A stretch of DNA of 64,000 nucleotides from positions 118,358,001 to 118,422,000 of the forward strand of contig OZ024745.1 of NCBI GenBank assembly GCA_964016885.1. The letters are read 5' to 3'. Each line of letters opens with the position of its first letter. Positions within the stretch are counted from its first letter, which is position 1. This DNA is from Eledone cirrhosa (Eukaryota). A model generated the notes under the pieces. It was given only the letters and a program-made list of their open reading frames with translations. It did no database searches and was not told where the DNA came from. Position numbers and translations under genes: made by a program. Shown piece after piece: positions 36,799-48,800 of the stretch.

Positions 36799-37915
36799 GT
36801 AAGCAACGCCTATGGGAAATCATCTATCAGACATATGGTGTATAAATCCCCTTATGTGCAGTATTATGAAACTTTGGGATTTCTGTGCATGGTGGTGGTT
36901 AATTGTCAATGTACACATATCTGGAGTACACATAAGTATTTATATGGCTCTATATGCCTATCTATCCCTGTAGTCCCTAGCTATCTTCCCACCTGGTAGG
37001 GGGATAAATATCTCTTATACTTTAACTCTCTCTCTCTCTCTCTCTTTCTCACGCACATACATGCACAGAAATATGTGTATGTCATGAGGTTCTCATAACA
37101 CACGAGAGTTGCATACTTCAGCTCATAAATACTGAAGCTAGAGAAGCTTCTGAAAGATGCAAACAAACTACTGCTGGTGCAGCATCATTGACACAGTGCC
37201 AGTCTAACAGGATTCAACAACAGAAGCAACAATACAGCACTGATTTCAACATAGAAAATCATACATAATGTAATTAATAAAGGCAACGATACAAATTTTC
37301 TGGCATAATAAAAGAAAGAATCTTGTGTAGATTCACTGTAGAAAGTATTTTATAACTGAAAATTTTGAATAAGAACCATGTTTTGTTTCCTTGTGCACAT
37401 TGTCCGACCTCTTAAGTCATTTTTTAATTTAATAAATATAAATTTAGTATTGCTGTGGAAATATACTATGAATAGATCAGAAAATCTTTGGTAACTAGGT
37501 GTAAGCTATTAATAAGTGTTTTAACTTCTTCAGATTTGCATCATGTAAATCACATTAGGCCATCAACAATTTGTATTTGATTTGACACAAGAAAATTTGT
37601 ATTTGACACAAGAAAATTTACTCTTCTTTAATTCAGTAGATAAGAATTGATTGATGAAAGCAAACTGACTGAGTCTTGAGAAGACAAAATACATGTCATC
37701 TGATCCATCACTCTTAGCTACTGAAGATTCTGTCATTTATTCATTGTATATTTTTATAGTGAGACTAAATATTTGTTTATTGTTTTATAAATGTATTTGT
37801 TCAGTTGAATGTTGTGTTGATGATTTAGTTTAACCCATGTCAGCATGGAAAACAAACATTAAACAGTGATACTGAGCACTGTACACAATAATTGTCATTA
37901 TTATTATTATTTATA

Positions 37916-37994
37916 TCTATTTATAATAGAAAAGGGAGATGTTTCTTGGTTGGTTCGTTGGTTCATTTAATCACACGAAAATTACACACACACA

Positions 37995-38034
<40 letters not shown>

Positions 38035-38095
38035 TCTAAAGAGAGAGACACACAGAGGGAGAGGCAGAGAGAGAGATGGCAATGAATGGTGGTTT

Positions 38096-38161
<66 letters not shown>

Positions 38162-38423
38162 ACAGTCAGAGGAGATCTGCACGTCCTTGATTGCTTCGTG
38201 GCCAGCGTCTCTAATGACAATGAGTGAGTCAGAGGGGGAGAATGAAAGAAATAGACAGAGACTAAAAGAGAGGAAGAGTTACAGAGGGTGAGAGAGAATG
38301 TGTGTGTGTGACAGTGAGAGAGAGAAAAACACATAACTGCATGAGACAACACTATACTATTCCACAGAAAAGGGGCAGGGGGACCGAAAGTAACTATTAA
38401 CAGAGAAAGTGAAAGAGAGACGT

Positions 38424-38488
<65 letters not shown>

Positions 38489-39559
38489 CGTCCAACAATA
38501 GATCAAAGTGTCAGTTGAAGGGCTTGTCGTTTTACACCAGTCATTGAAAGTTAGGTGATACTAACTACAACACAAACCTGAAATATTGACCAGTATCGAC
38601 CAGAATGAAGGAGGCCTTTACTTTTTGGATACTCCAGGAGGAACTGGTAAAACTTTCATAATAAATCTCATATTGGCAAAAGTGAGGCAGCGAAAGCAAA
38701 TTGCTTTGGTTGTTGCATCAAGAGGTATTGCTGCTACCTTGATGGAGGCAAAACAGTACACTCAACATTCAAGTTGCCATTGAATGTCTCCTTCGTGCAA
38801 TATCAAAAAGAATGCACCAAAAGCAAAGCTTTTAGAGAAATGCTCCGTGATCATATGGCACATGGAAAGTTATTTGAGGCTCTGGACCATTCTTTAAGAG
38901 ACATTACAAGATGTAATGAAATCATGGGAGGAGTAACGATGGTGCTTGCTGGTGACTTCAAGCAGATTCTCCCCGTCGTCCCTAAAGGCATGAGATCTGA
39001 TATTGTAAAGTCTTGACTATATGGCAACAAGTCCAGTGATTACCCTTGAAGACAAACATGAAAGTGCAGTTGTACAATGATGCAGAAATTGATACTTTTG
39101 CAAAACAGTTAATTACACTGGGTGATGGACATTTTCAACAAGATCAAAAAGGAGAAGTCAGCCTTCTATTTGGAAATGTCTGTAATACAACAAATAAACT
39201 AATTCATCAAGTGTTTCCAAATGTTGCCTCAAATTATATCAATCAATCATGGCTGTTTGAGCGAGCAATTTTAACGGGAAAAAATAATACGGTAAATCAG
39301 ATCAACCAATGCCTACTGGATACACTCCCAGGGGAGGTTCATACATATGTCTCCATTGACAAGATTGAAATCTTCATATACTCTGCACTAACGGTAAAAC
39401 AAAGAATCTGGTGTATCTGGAAATTTTTAAAACTTTTTTTGTCACACACACCACGGTCTCGCCTCATACTGTAAACCAGACGAGTCCAATACAGTCGTTT
39501 TCTCTACCTGTCATCCCTTATCAACTGTTCACCCAGGTGAAGCCAGGTACCTCATCTAG
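37916..39559 (+). mobile_element. Internally deleted Helitron with both termini
   Basis: 5' A|TCTATTTATAATA, PIF1-type helicase remnants, and a 3' imperfect hairpin ACCCAGGTGAAGCCAGGT followed by CTAG|T. Confidence 0.75.
38586..39432 (+). pseudogene. Helitron PIF1-like helicase fragments
   Basis: FLDTPGGTGKT (Walker A), VASRGIAATL, GGVTMVLAGDFKQILPV, LKTNMKV, ERAILTGKN, GKTKNLVY. Frameshifted. Confidence 0.9.
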
Positions 39560-39954
39560 TATTACATATATGAACATAACATTTTATTAAATCCTATTAA
39601 AAATATAGATATATCTCTCATCACCATCATCATTTTAGATCTGTTTTGATATGTTGGCATAAGTTGGATAGGTTTTAGTGTCTCATCATCTCCCAGCAAC
39701 AGAAAATACCAACAACCTTTGCTGTTGTGTCATGGGATTTTTATGATGTCCTTCCTATAACCAACCCTTTTAAAACATCAACTGGCAACTGTGATTTTAC
39801 TTTTCCATGGATATATATGGTGGTGGAGGTGGTGATGGCAGCGGTGGTGGTGGTGGTGTTGGTTGTTGGAGGACCTTTAACATAATTCTCAGGGAGATTC
39901 AACATAATACAGTGTGTGACAAAGCTAGCCCTCTGAATTACAGGCATAGCTTAT

Positions 39955-40055
39955 TTCATTCAGGTGAGTGGACTGGAGCAAAGTAAAATAAAGTGTCTTG
40001 CTCAAGGACACAATGTGCTGCTGGGACTTATGACCTTATAAACATGAGCCGAACA
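39955..40055 (-). mobile_element. SINE family B fragment
   Basis: GGACTGGAGCAAAGTAAAATAAAGTGTCTTGCTCAAGGACAC. Confidence 0.7.
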
Positions 40056-41444
40056 CACACAAGCACACACAAGCACATGTACAAATACATATATATATGC
40101 ATGCGTGTACATACGCATGTCTTGCTTATTTCTATAAGTTATTTAAGTCCCTAGGTTATTTCACAATTTCAATGATCATGCCAGTATTTCTCAACAAATA
40201 CCCAGCCCAGCTCCCTCAGTTAATCTTACTCATACATTTGCAATATTACTTCTCAATAATTTCCATTGGGTTGTGCAGAAAACTCATCTTCAAATACTTA
40301 TTACTCGGGTCTAGAGAAGATAATCTTTCTTTTCAATTATGCTTGACATGTAGATGAACATAAACATACATACACATGTGCAAGTAGATGTTTACAAACA
40401 TATTGAAGCATGATACATTCAAATTGTTACATGCATGTATGCACAAACACACATACACAAACATTATAAAAATGCTTCCACATACATATCTGATCATGCA
40501 GTGACACACAGATATACATGCATAAAAACTGTCCCTGATATATCTAATCATATGCAATCATACATATTTCTACATAGATAATCATGAACAGCTTCTAACA
40601 GATTCATATACAGATATAATGGACCCTTCGTCAGTTTCAACAATGAACATTCAGCTGTTCTATTAACTGATTGTGCTATGTTAAATTATAGCATTCACCC
40701 CACCCTTACTTAACAGGTAATTTATTCTATCGACCCTTGAAGGGAGTTGAACTCAGAACACAGAGAGGCAGAATAAATCCAGCAAAGCATTTTATCTGAT
40801 ATTTTAATGACTGCCAATTTCACAAACTAATTCATGAGGATTGACTTTGTTTAGTGAAATGGCAGAGAATTAGCCATACGATAATTCTCAGAGAGATCCA
40901 ATATAATGCAATGTGTCATGGCTGGACCTTTCAATAACTGCTAAAGTCCATCCTATGCAGTTTTAGACAGTTTCTGTGTGACCAATTTCATTCACAGGCT
41001 TGTATTGACCAAAGGCTTTGATAGAAGACAATCTCCCTAGATATCATGTAATTAGGAAGTGAACTTCTTAACAACTCAACACTTATTGCATCCATTTATG
41101 TACAGATATACTCTAACATTAATATACACATGCCTCTACACACAAGGGCAAGTAAAAAAAATAAAATAAAAAATATATATATATATACACAGAGAATATG
41201 GGGGCTGTGTATTGCTAGTTAAGTTAGGCTTAAAAATGGAATGAGAGTAAGAAGAAAGCAAGAAGGGGGGGGGGGGGTCCTCGTCAGTTGTCTCCTGGGG
41301 GTCTCGGATATTTCAATGCTTTAAATATATACATGCACACATAACTGACTGAACACATACATGCTTTTTCTTAAAACAAATTTTTTTTCAGTTTCTTCCT
41401 CTTCTTCCTCTATCTTTCTATTTCTTCTTTTATTCGTCATTCTA

Positions 41445-41481
41445 TCTTCTGATGAAGGACTAGTTTCCGAAACATGAAGAC
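41445..41481 (+). ncRNA. Degenerate minimal hammerhead-like motif
   Basis: TCTT-CTGATGA-A-GGA-CTAGTT-TCC-GAAAC-ATG-AAGA. The cleavage triplet is not a valid NUH. Confidence 0.45.
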
Positions 41482-42931
41482 TCTTTTCCTACTATATCAA
41501 GCATTAAACTACTGTATATCTTCATTGATCTGTATCATTTGTTGGTTTGTTTTCCATATACTTTTTTCTATATACATTTAGGGTTTGTAGGACTACATTG
41601 TCCAATGTGCTCTTTCCTTATTTAATCTTTAGCACGCTGAACTTTCTTATGAATTGCTTCCCTTGACACTGCAGTATGTATTAAGGGGAGATTACTCTAC
41701 TGTTGCTGATGGAGTGTTAAAGGTTAAGACTGTTGTCTGCCATTTGAAGGAAATTTGGTTGCTATTTCTAGCAGGTAAAATAATTGTTTAAAGGCTTGCA
41801 GTGTCTGATAAAATCACTGCAAAGAAACTTATATTGTGAACTATTTTAATGTCAGTAAATTCATCGTCTTGTAAATTACATTATTGATAAATTCTCATGC
41901 TTTTAATCCACAGAGTAAAATATAACTAAACAAGTTTTTTGTTGTATTTCTTTTATAATATTCGCATTGCATTTCATTAAATTTTAACACCCTGTAATAA
42001 TTTAGCATAATTCAATTGTTTATAGTATCTTTACTAGTGGATAGAGTGTTGTGAAAATTTACAGTAAACTAAAGACTTGAAAATTTAATGTGATGCAGTC
42101 ATAGTGCTATTTTCTACTTTTCAATAATGTCTTGCTAATATAGTTTCATGTTACAAGGTATTAAGTGTTAACAATGAAAAACAAATTAAAAATTAAAAAA
42201 TTTACTAATATCAAATTTACTTCATACATACATGAAAAAAACAAATCAAAATTGCTTTTAAGAATAGAATCACAAAAAAAAATGCAGTTAGAAGATAACA
42301 TACTATTTTAGATTGGAAAAAGAGTAGGGGGAAAAAAAAAATCTTAAAAAGTAAAATTATGAGAAATGATTCATATAATCTAGTATTTGGGGATTTTAGT
42401 ATTCATTGATTAAAAATATTGAATTCTCATTGCAGCATCTCTATATTTCTTTTTTTATATGTAGACCTTCTGCATAAGTTTACTGATGGTGTATTAACAC
42501 ATAACATGATTACCTTGCAATGAATTTAACAGGAAATGAAATTACAGGCTGTGTATTTATTATAATATAATTAGCCAGTATGAATTTACAGTGAACCAAG
42601 GCTCCCACTTTTGCTCAACTCAAGTGCTGTGTTTACTGATGCCACAGAGGACTCCGTTCCTCTAAACTTACCAAATGTATGTAACATTCCCATCCAATCT
42701 CACTTTATGAATTTAATTTCTCTTTTCTCATCTCTTTACCTCTATGATTTCCCATAATTGAGACCCATACAAAACAATTCACTTAAACAATCCTTCCACA
42801 CAAATTCCCACCTTAACAATCCTTCCACAGAGACTCCTTCCTTCTAAAACATCAAAATGACATAGCAGAAATATTGGTGATGATAGTTTTAATGTAATTT
42901 TACAGCAAAGCCACAGAGGTAGCAGCAGCAA

Positions 42932-42932
42932 C

Positions 42933-43013
<81 letters not shown>

Positions 43014-43020
43014 GGTGGTA
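42932..43020. repeat. (AGT)n microsatellite
   Basis: Direct reading of the sequence. Confidence 0.95.
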
Positions 43021-44264
43021 ACAGTTATGATGGTAGAAAAAAAGGGGTGGGCGTTTTAATGTAATTTATGTAGCTATAATTTAAGACTCAGCCTGTCTGT
43101 GTTGATTGCAGGGTTCAACTTGGGTTTTCAGAAAACTTCTCAAATTGTTTTTCTTTTCTTTATAAAACTAGAGCCTATTGTAATTTTATTTTCATTTTAA
43201 ATTAGCTATTGATGTGATTAAAATGCTATAATCATTGTTAAAATGTTGCCAAGTTGTCATTTTTTTGTTGTTTTTGTTATTTATGTTATTTTAAACACAG
43301 GTATTGTAAAAGTATTTGCTGTTATTTATTCTAAAATTGTTGTTGTTGATGTTCATTTTAAAATGTGTTTCTTTATGTTGTTGTTGTTTGTTTTAAAATC
43401 TATTGTTGTTTTAAATAATGTTGTGTTGTTATTGATTTTGAAATAAAAATGAGTTAAAAGGAAAAAAAATAGCTTGTGCATTTTGTTTATTTAATGATGG
43501 TGATGGAGATGACCTTGTTTAAGTCAGGGATATTGGTGGTAGCGGTTAAAGTGGTTTGTGAATGCAAGGATTCAGGCTAATAAAGGGTGTTGGATTTTCC
43601 TGGGTGGAAGCATTATGCAGTTGAACAACCCTTCCTCTTACAACATCTCTACCATCACAACCACAACTACCTTGACCATGGAACTCTCTGGGGAAATTAA
43701 TTCAGTAACTTTAAAGAAAACATAAAACAACAATATCATAAAACATTTGTATAGATAAGGTAGGAATTCCAGCATGTCAATGTGGTGAGCAGAAAGGTGG
43801 TGGTGGGCGGTGGTGGTGGCAAATAGTGGAGGAGTGAAGTGGTGAAGAAAGAGAGTATGAGGATCAGCTAGACATCATATAGTGGGAGAAAAGAGAAAGT
43901 CAATCAGACATAGAGGCATCCAGACTGTAGAAACTCCAAAGAACTAGGCAATAACAGTAGCAATAGTACTAGTGGTGATATAAACTATTGCTGAAACTAA
44001 TAAATCCTGTAACAATGATTACATAATGATAAGAGTAACAGTGATCTTCATTCTCACAAATGGCAAACAGAAATAAATAATTATAAAATAGTTTAAATAA
44101 GGGGAGATAAGATCTGAAGGAGAATATCTAAATTCTATTTTAGTATCCATAGATTTTAGATTGGAAATTTCCCAATAGTTTAACAAATCTGATCAATAAG
44201 GAGAACCACACAAATTTCAGTTAGACTCTTGGTTTATTTGTCAATATGTATTTATATACACACA

Positions 44265-44485
44265 TAGTATTTATCTGACAGTTTGTATTTATCTGTTTAT
44301 ACACATGTATTAATTATGTATTTATCTATACACACACACATGTATTACTTAAGTATTTATCTATATATATGTACATATGTATTACTTATGTATTGCTTAT
44401 CTATATATATATACATATGTATTACTTATATATTTATCTATATATGTAGATATGTATTACTTCTGTATTTATTATATATTACTGC

Positions 44486-44527
<42 letters not shown>

Positions 44528-44632
44528 GAGAGAGATAGAGATAGATAGATATGTATTACTTATGTATTTATCTATATATATATATATGTATTACTTATGT
44601 ATTTATCTATAAATATATACATGTGTATTATT
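44265..44632. repeat. Degenerate ~30-bp AT-rich minisatellite
   Basis: Recurrent ATATGTATTACTTATGTATTTATCTAT. Confidence 0.7.
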
Positions 44633-45024
44633 TACTCTTTCGTCACTTTGCAAATGGCGCACTTATTGATTCAGATGTGCTTATACAATGGAGCGTAAAC
44701 ACTTGAGTTTTATTCCTCTACTAACTAAAATATACTATTAATAAAAATGGAGAAACAATAAAAACTAGTCTAACTACATGAAGTGGAATAAACTGCTAAA
44801 GTTCATTGGTTGTTCAGTATACTGTGGTTCATCGTGCTGTAGATTTCATCAATGAGACTTCTGGCTATTCCCACTGATCAAGGAAGCCATGAAAATCTAC
44901 GGAAATTATGAATCAATATTTTCACTGTTTATTAATGAAGTACAGAAAAATAAGAGCCATTGACATTTTGAATGATATTTGACAAGAAAAATATTAAATG
45001 CAGATTGGTGTCACTACTGACTAG

Positions 45025-45400
45025 TATCTTGTAGGGCATGTTGCATGTAAAATCAACTAAATTTTGTACTGAATGTGACTTGGTCACATTCAGTTCAAAC
45101 ATTCAACTGGACTGGAGTTAAAATAGTTCAGCTCAGATGGTTGAGTGTACATCTTATAGAACAGGAGAAGTATTAATGAAATCACACCAATATGACAGCT
45201 AAATATGGTGTATGGTGATGGTTTTGGATTGCATGACTAAAAAAAAGAGATTGGTCTCATACATGACATCAAAAGCACCATGATCCTCACAACCTAGCTG
45301 TGGATCTTGGAGAAAACTACACTTCTATATACCAAGAATCATATGAGCCAGTCATGGAATTTTAACATAACAATGACATGGAGTGAAGCACTGGGATAAT
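45025..45400 (+). mobile_element. Highly decayed Tc1-like transposase remnant
   Basis: Frameshifted traces GHVACK, DG.V...RTGE, KYG..VMVLDCM (compare KHGGGSVMVWGC), WNF..NND (compare FQQDND), in the expected order. Confidence 0.5.
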
Positions 45401-45847
45401 TGAGGAATTCACCAAAAGCAAGAAAACCTGAGTGTTGCTGTGTTCAGCCTAATTCCTGGATATAAATAGCAGAAATAGTCAATAAAAATATTCCAGGAAA
45501 CTGAGTGAATTATAAGAGAAAACGTAAGACAAAATTCCAGATAATGTGAACATCAGACTTATAAATGGAGGATGGTAAAATAGGGGGGGGGGGGGGCTAA
45601 TGAAGATGAGCAAAGTGAGCGAGTATACTAATTGTCAATGAAGTGTGTTGTGGAGAAGGAGGGAAGAAGAAGTAGAAGAATGTAATTTAATATTTTATAT
45701 TATCATTTATTAAAGAGAATTACCAGTTAAATATTAAAGAAACATATCACAATTAATGATATCAACACAACGTACAATGATATATAACAAATATCTGTTT
45801 TTTAATCCTATCTATAATAAAATAAGAGAGTTTTTACGTTCTAGACT

Positions 45848-48800
45848 GTCATCTGTTATAACTGTTATATGTCTGTATTTATCTGTTATAACTGTTATAG
45901 ATTGGCAGCAGAAGAATGTCTGTATCTGTTATAACTGTTATAGATTGGTAGAAGCAGAAGCATGTCTATCTGTTATAACTGTTATAGATTGGTAGAAGCA
46001 GAAGCATGTCTGTATCTGTTATAACTGTTATAGATTGGTAGAAGCAGTAGAGTGTCTGTATCTGTTATAACTGTTATAGATTGGCAGCAGAAGAAAGTCT
46101 GTATCTGTTATAACTGTTTAGATTGGCAGCAGAAGAATGTCTGTATCTGTTATAACTGTTATAGATTGGTAGAAGCAGAAGAATGTCTATCTGTTATAAC
46201 TGTTATAGATTGGTAGAAGCAGAAGAGTGTCTGTATCTGTTATAACTGTTATAGATTGGTAGAAGCAGAAGAATGTATCTGTTATAACTGTTATAGATTG
46301 GTAGAAGCAGAAGAATGTCTGTATCTGTTATAACTGTTATAGATTGGTAGAAGCAGAAGAATGTCTGTATCTGTTATAACTGTTATAGATTGGTAGAAGC
46401 AGAAGAATGTCTGTATCTGTTATAACTGTTATAGATTGGTAGAAGCAGAAGAATGTCTATCTGTTATAACTGTTATAGATTGGTAGAAGCAGAAGAGTGT
46501 CTGTATCTGTTATAACTGTTATAGATTGGTAGAAGCAGAAGAATGTCTGTATCTGTTATAACTGTTATAGATTGGTAGAAGCAGAAGAATGTCTGTATCT
46601 GTTATAACTGTTATAGATTGGTAGAAGCAGAAGAATGTCTGTATCTGTTATAACTGTTATAGATTGGTAGAAGCAGAAGAATGTCTGTATCTGTTATAAC
46701 TGTTATAGATTGGTAGAAGCAGAAGAATGTCTGTATCTGTTATAACTGTTATAGATTGGTAGAAGCAGAAGCATGTCTGTATCTGTTATAACTGTTATAG
46801 ATTGGTAGAAGCAGAAGAATGTCTGTATCTGTTATAACTGTTATAGATTGGCAGCAGAAGAATGTCTATCTGTTATAACTGTTATAGATTGGTAGAAGCA
46901 GAAGAATGTCTGTATCTGTTATAACTGTTATAGATTGGCAGCAGAAGAATGTCTATCTGTTATAACTGTTATAGATTGGTAGAAGCAGAAAATTGTCTGT
47001 ATCTGTTATAACTGTTATAGATTGGCAGCAGAAGAATGTCTGTATCTGTTATAACTGTTGTAGATTGGTAGAAGCAGAAGATTGTCTGTATCTGTTATAA
47101 CTGTTATAGATTGGTAGAAGCAGAAGAGTGTCTGTATCTGTTATAACTGTTGTAGATTGGTAGAAGCAGAAGAGTGTCTGTATCTGTTATAACTGTTATA
47201 GATTGGTAGAAGCAGAGGAATGTCTGTATCTGTTATAACTGTTGTAGATTGGTAGAAGCAGAAGAGTGTCTGTATCTGTTATAACTGTTATAGATTGGCA
47301 GCAGAAGAATGTCTATCTGTTATAACTGTTATAGATTGGCAGAAGCAGAAGAATGTCTGTATCTGTTATAACTGTTATAGATTGGCAGAAGCAGAAGAAT
47401 GTCTGTATCTGTTATAACTGTTATAGATTGGTAGAAGCAGAAGAATGTCTGTATCTGTTATAACTGTTGTAGATTGGTAGAAGCAGAAGATTGTCTGTAT
47501 CTGTTATAACTGTTATAGATTGGTAGAAGCAGAAGAGTGTCTGTATCTGTTATAACTGTTATAGATTGGCAGAAGCAGAAGAATGTCTATCTGTTATAAC
47601 TGTTATAGATTGGTAGAAGCAGAAAATTGTCTGTATCTGTTATAACTGTTATAGATTGGCAGCAGAAGAATGTCTGTATCTGTTATAACTGTTGTAGATT
47701 GGTAGAAGCAGAAGATTGTCTGTATCTGTTATAACTGTTATAGATTGGTAGAAGCAGAAGAGTGTCTGTATCTGTTATAACTGTTGTAGATTGGTAGAAG
47801 CAGAAGAGTGTCTGTATCTGTTATAACTGTTATAGATTGGTAGAAGCAGAGGAATGTCTGTATCTGTTATAACTGTTGTAGATTGGTAGAAGCAGAAGAG
47901 TGTCTGTATCTGTTATAACTGTTATAGATTGGCAGCAGAAGAATGTCTATCTGTTATAACTGTTATAGATTGGCAGAAGCAGAAGAATGTCTGTATCTGT
48001 TATAACTGTTATAGATTGGCAGAAGCAGAAGAATGTCTGTATCTGTTATAACTGTTATAGATTGGTAGAAGCAGAAGAATGTCTGTATCTGTTATAACTG
48101 TTGTAGATTGGTAGAAGCAGAAGATTGTCTGTATCTGTTATAACTGTTATAGATTGGTAGAAGCAGAAGAGTGTCTGTATCTGTTATAACTGTTATAGAT
48201 TGGTAGAAGCAGAGGAATGTCTGTATCTGTTATAACTGTTATAGATTGGTAGAAGCAGAAGAGTGTCTGTATCTGTTATAACTGTTATAGATTGGTAGAA
48301 GCAGAAGATTGTCTGTATCTGTTATAACTGTTATAGATTGGTAGAAGCAGAAGAATGTCTATCTGTTATAACTGTTATAGATTGGTAGAAGCAGAAGAAT
48401 GTTTGTATCTGTTATAACTGTTATAGATTGGTAGAAGCAGAAGATTGTCTGTATCTGTTATAACTGTTATAGATTGGTAGAAGCAGAAGAATGTCTATCT
48501 GTTATAACTGTTATAGATTGGTAGAAGCAGAGGAATGTCTGTATCTGTTATAACTGTTATAGATTGGTAGAAGCAGAAGAGTGTCTGTATCTGTTATAAC
48601 TGTTATAGATTGGTAGAAGCAGAAGAATGTCTGTATCTGTTATAACTGTTATAGATTGGTAGAAGCAGAGGAATGTCTGTATCTGTTATAACTGTTATAG
48701 ATTGGTAGAAGCAGAAGAATGTCTATCTGTTATAACTGTTATAGATTGGTAGAAGCAGAAGAATGTTTGTATCTGTTATAACTGTTATAGATTGGTAGAA

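Noticed and set aside
37100-37270. Open plus-strand stretch LINTEAREASERCKQTTAGAASLTQCQSNRIQQQKQQY
   Set aside because: No recognisable homology and only a weak acceptor. There is not enough support to call an exon.
42590-42680. Possible small exon
   Set aside because: Weak splice signals and open frames exist on both strands, so it cannot be resolved from sequence alone.
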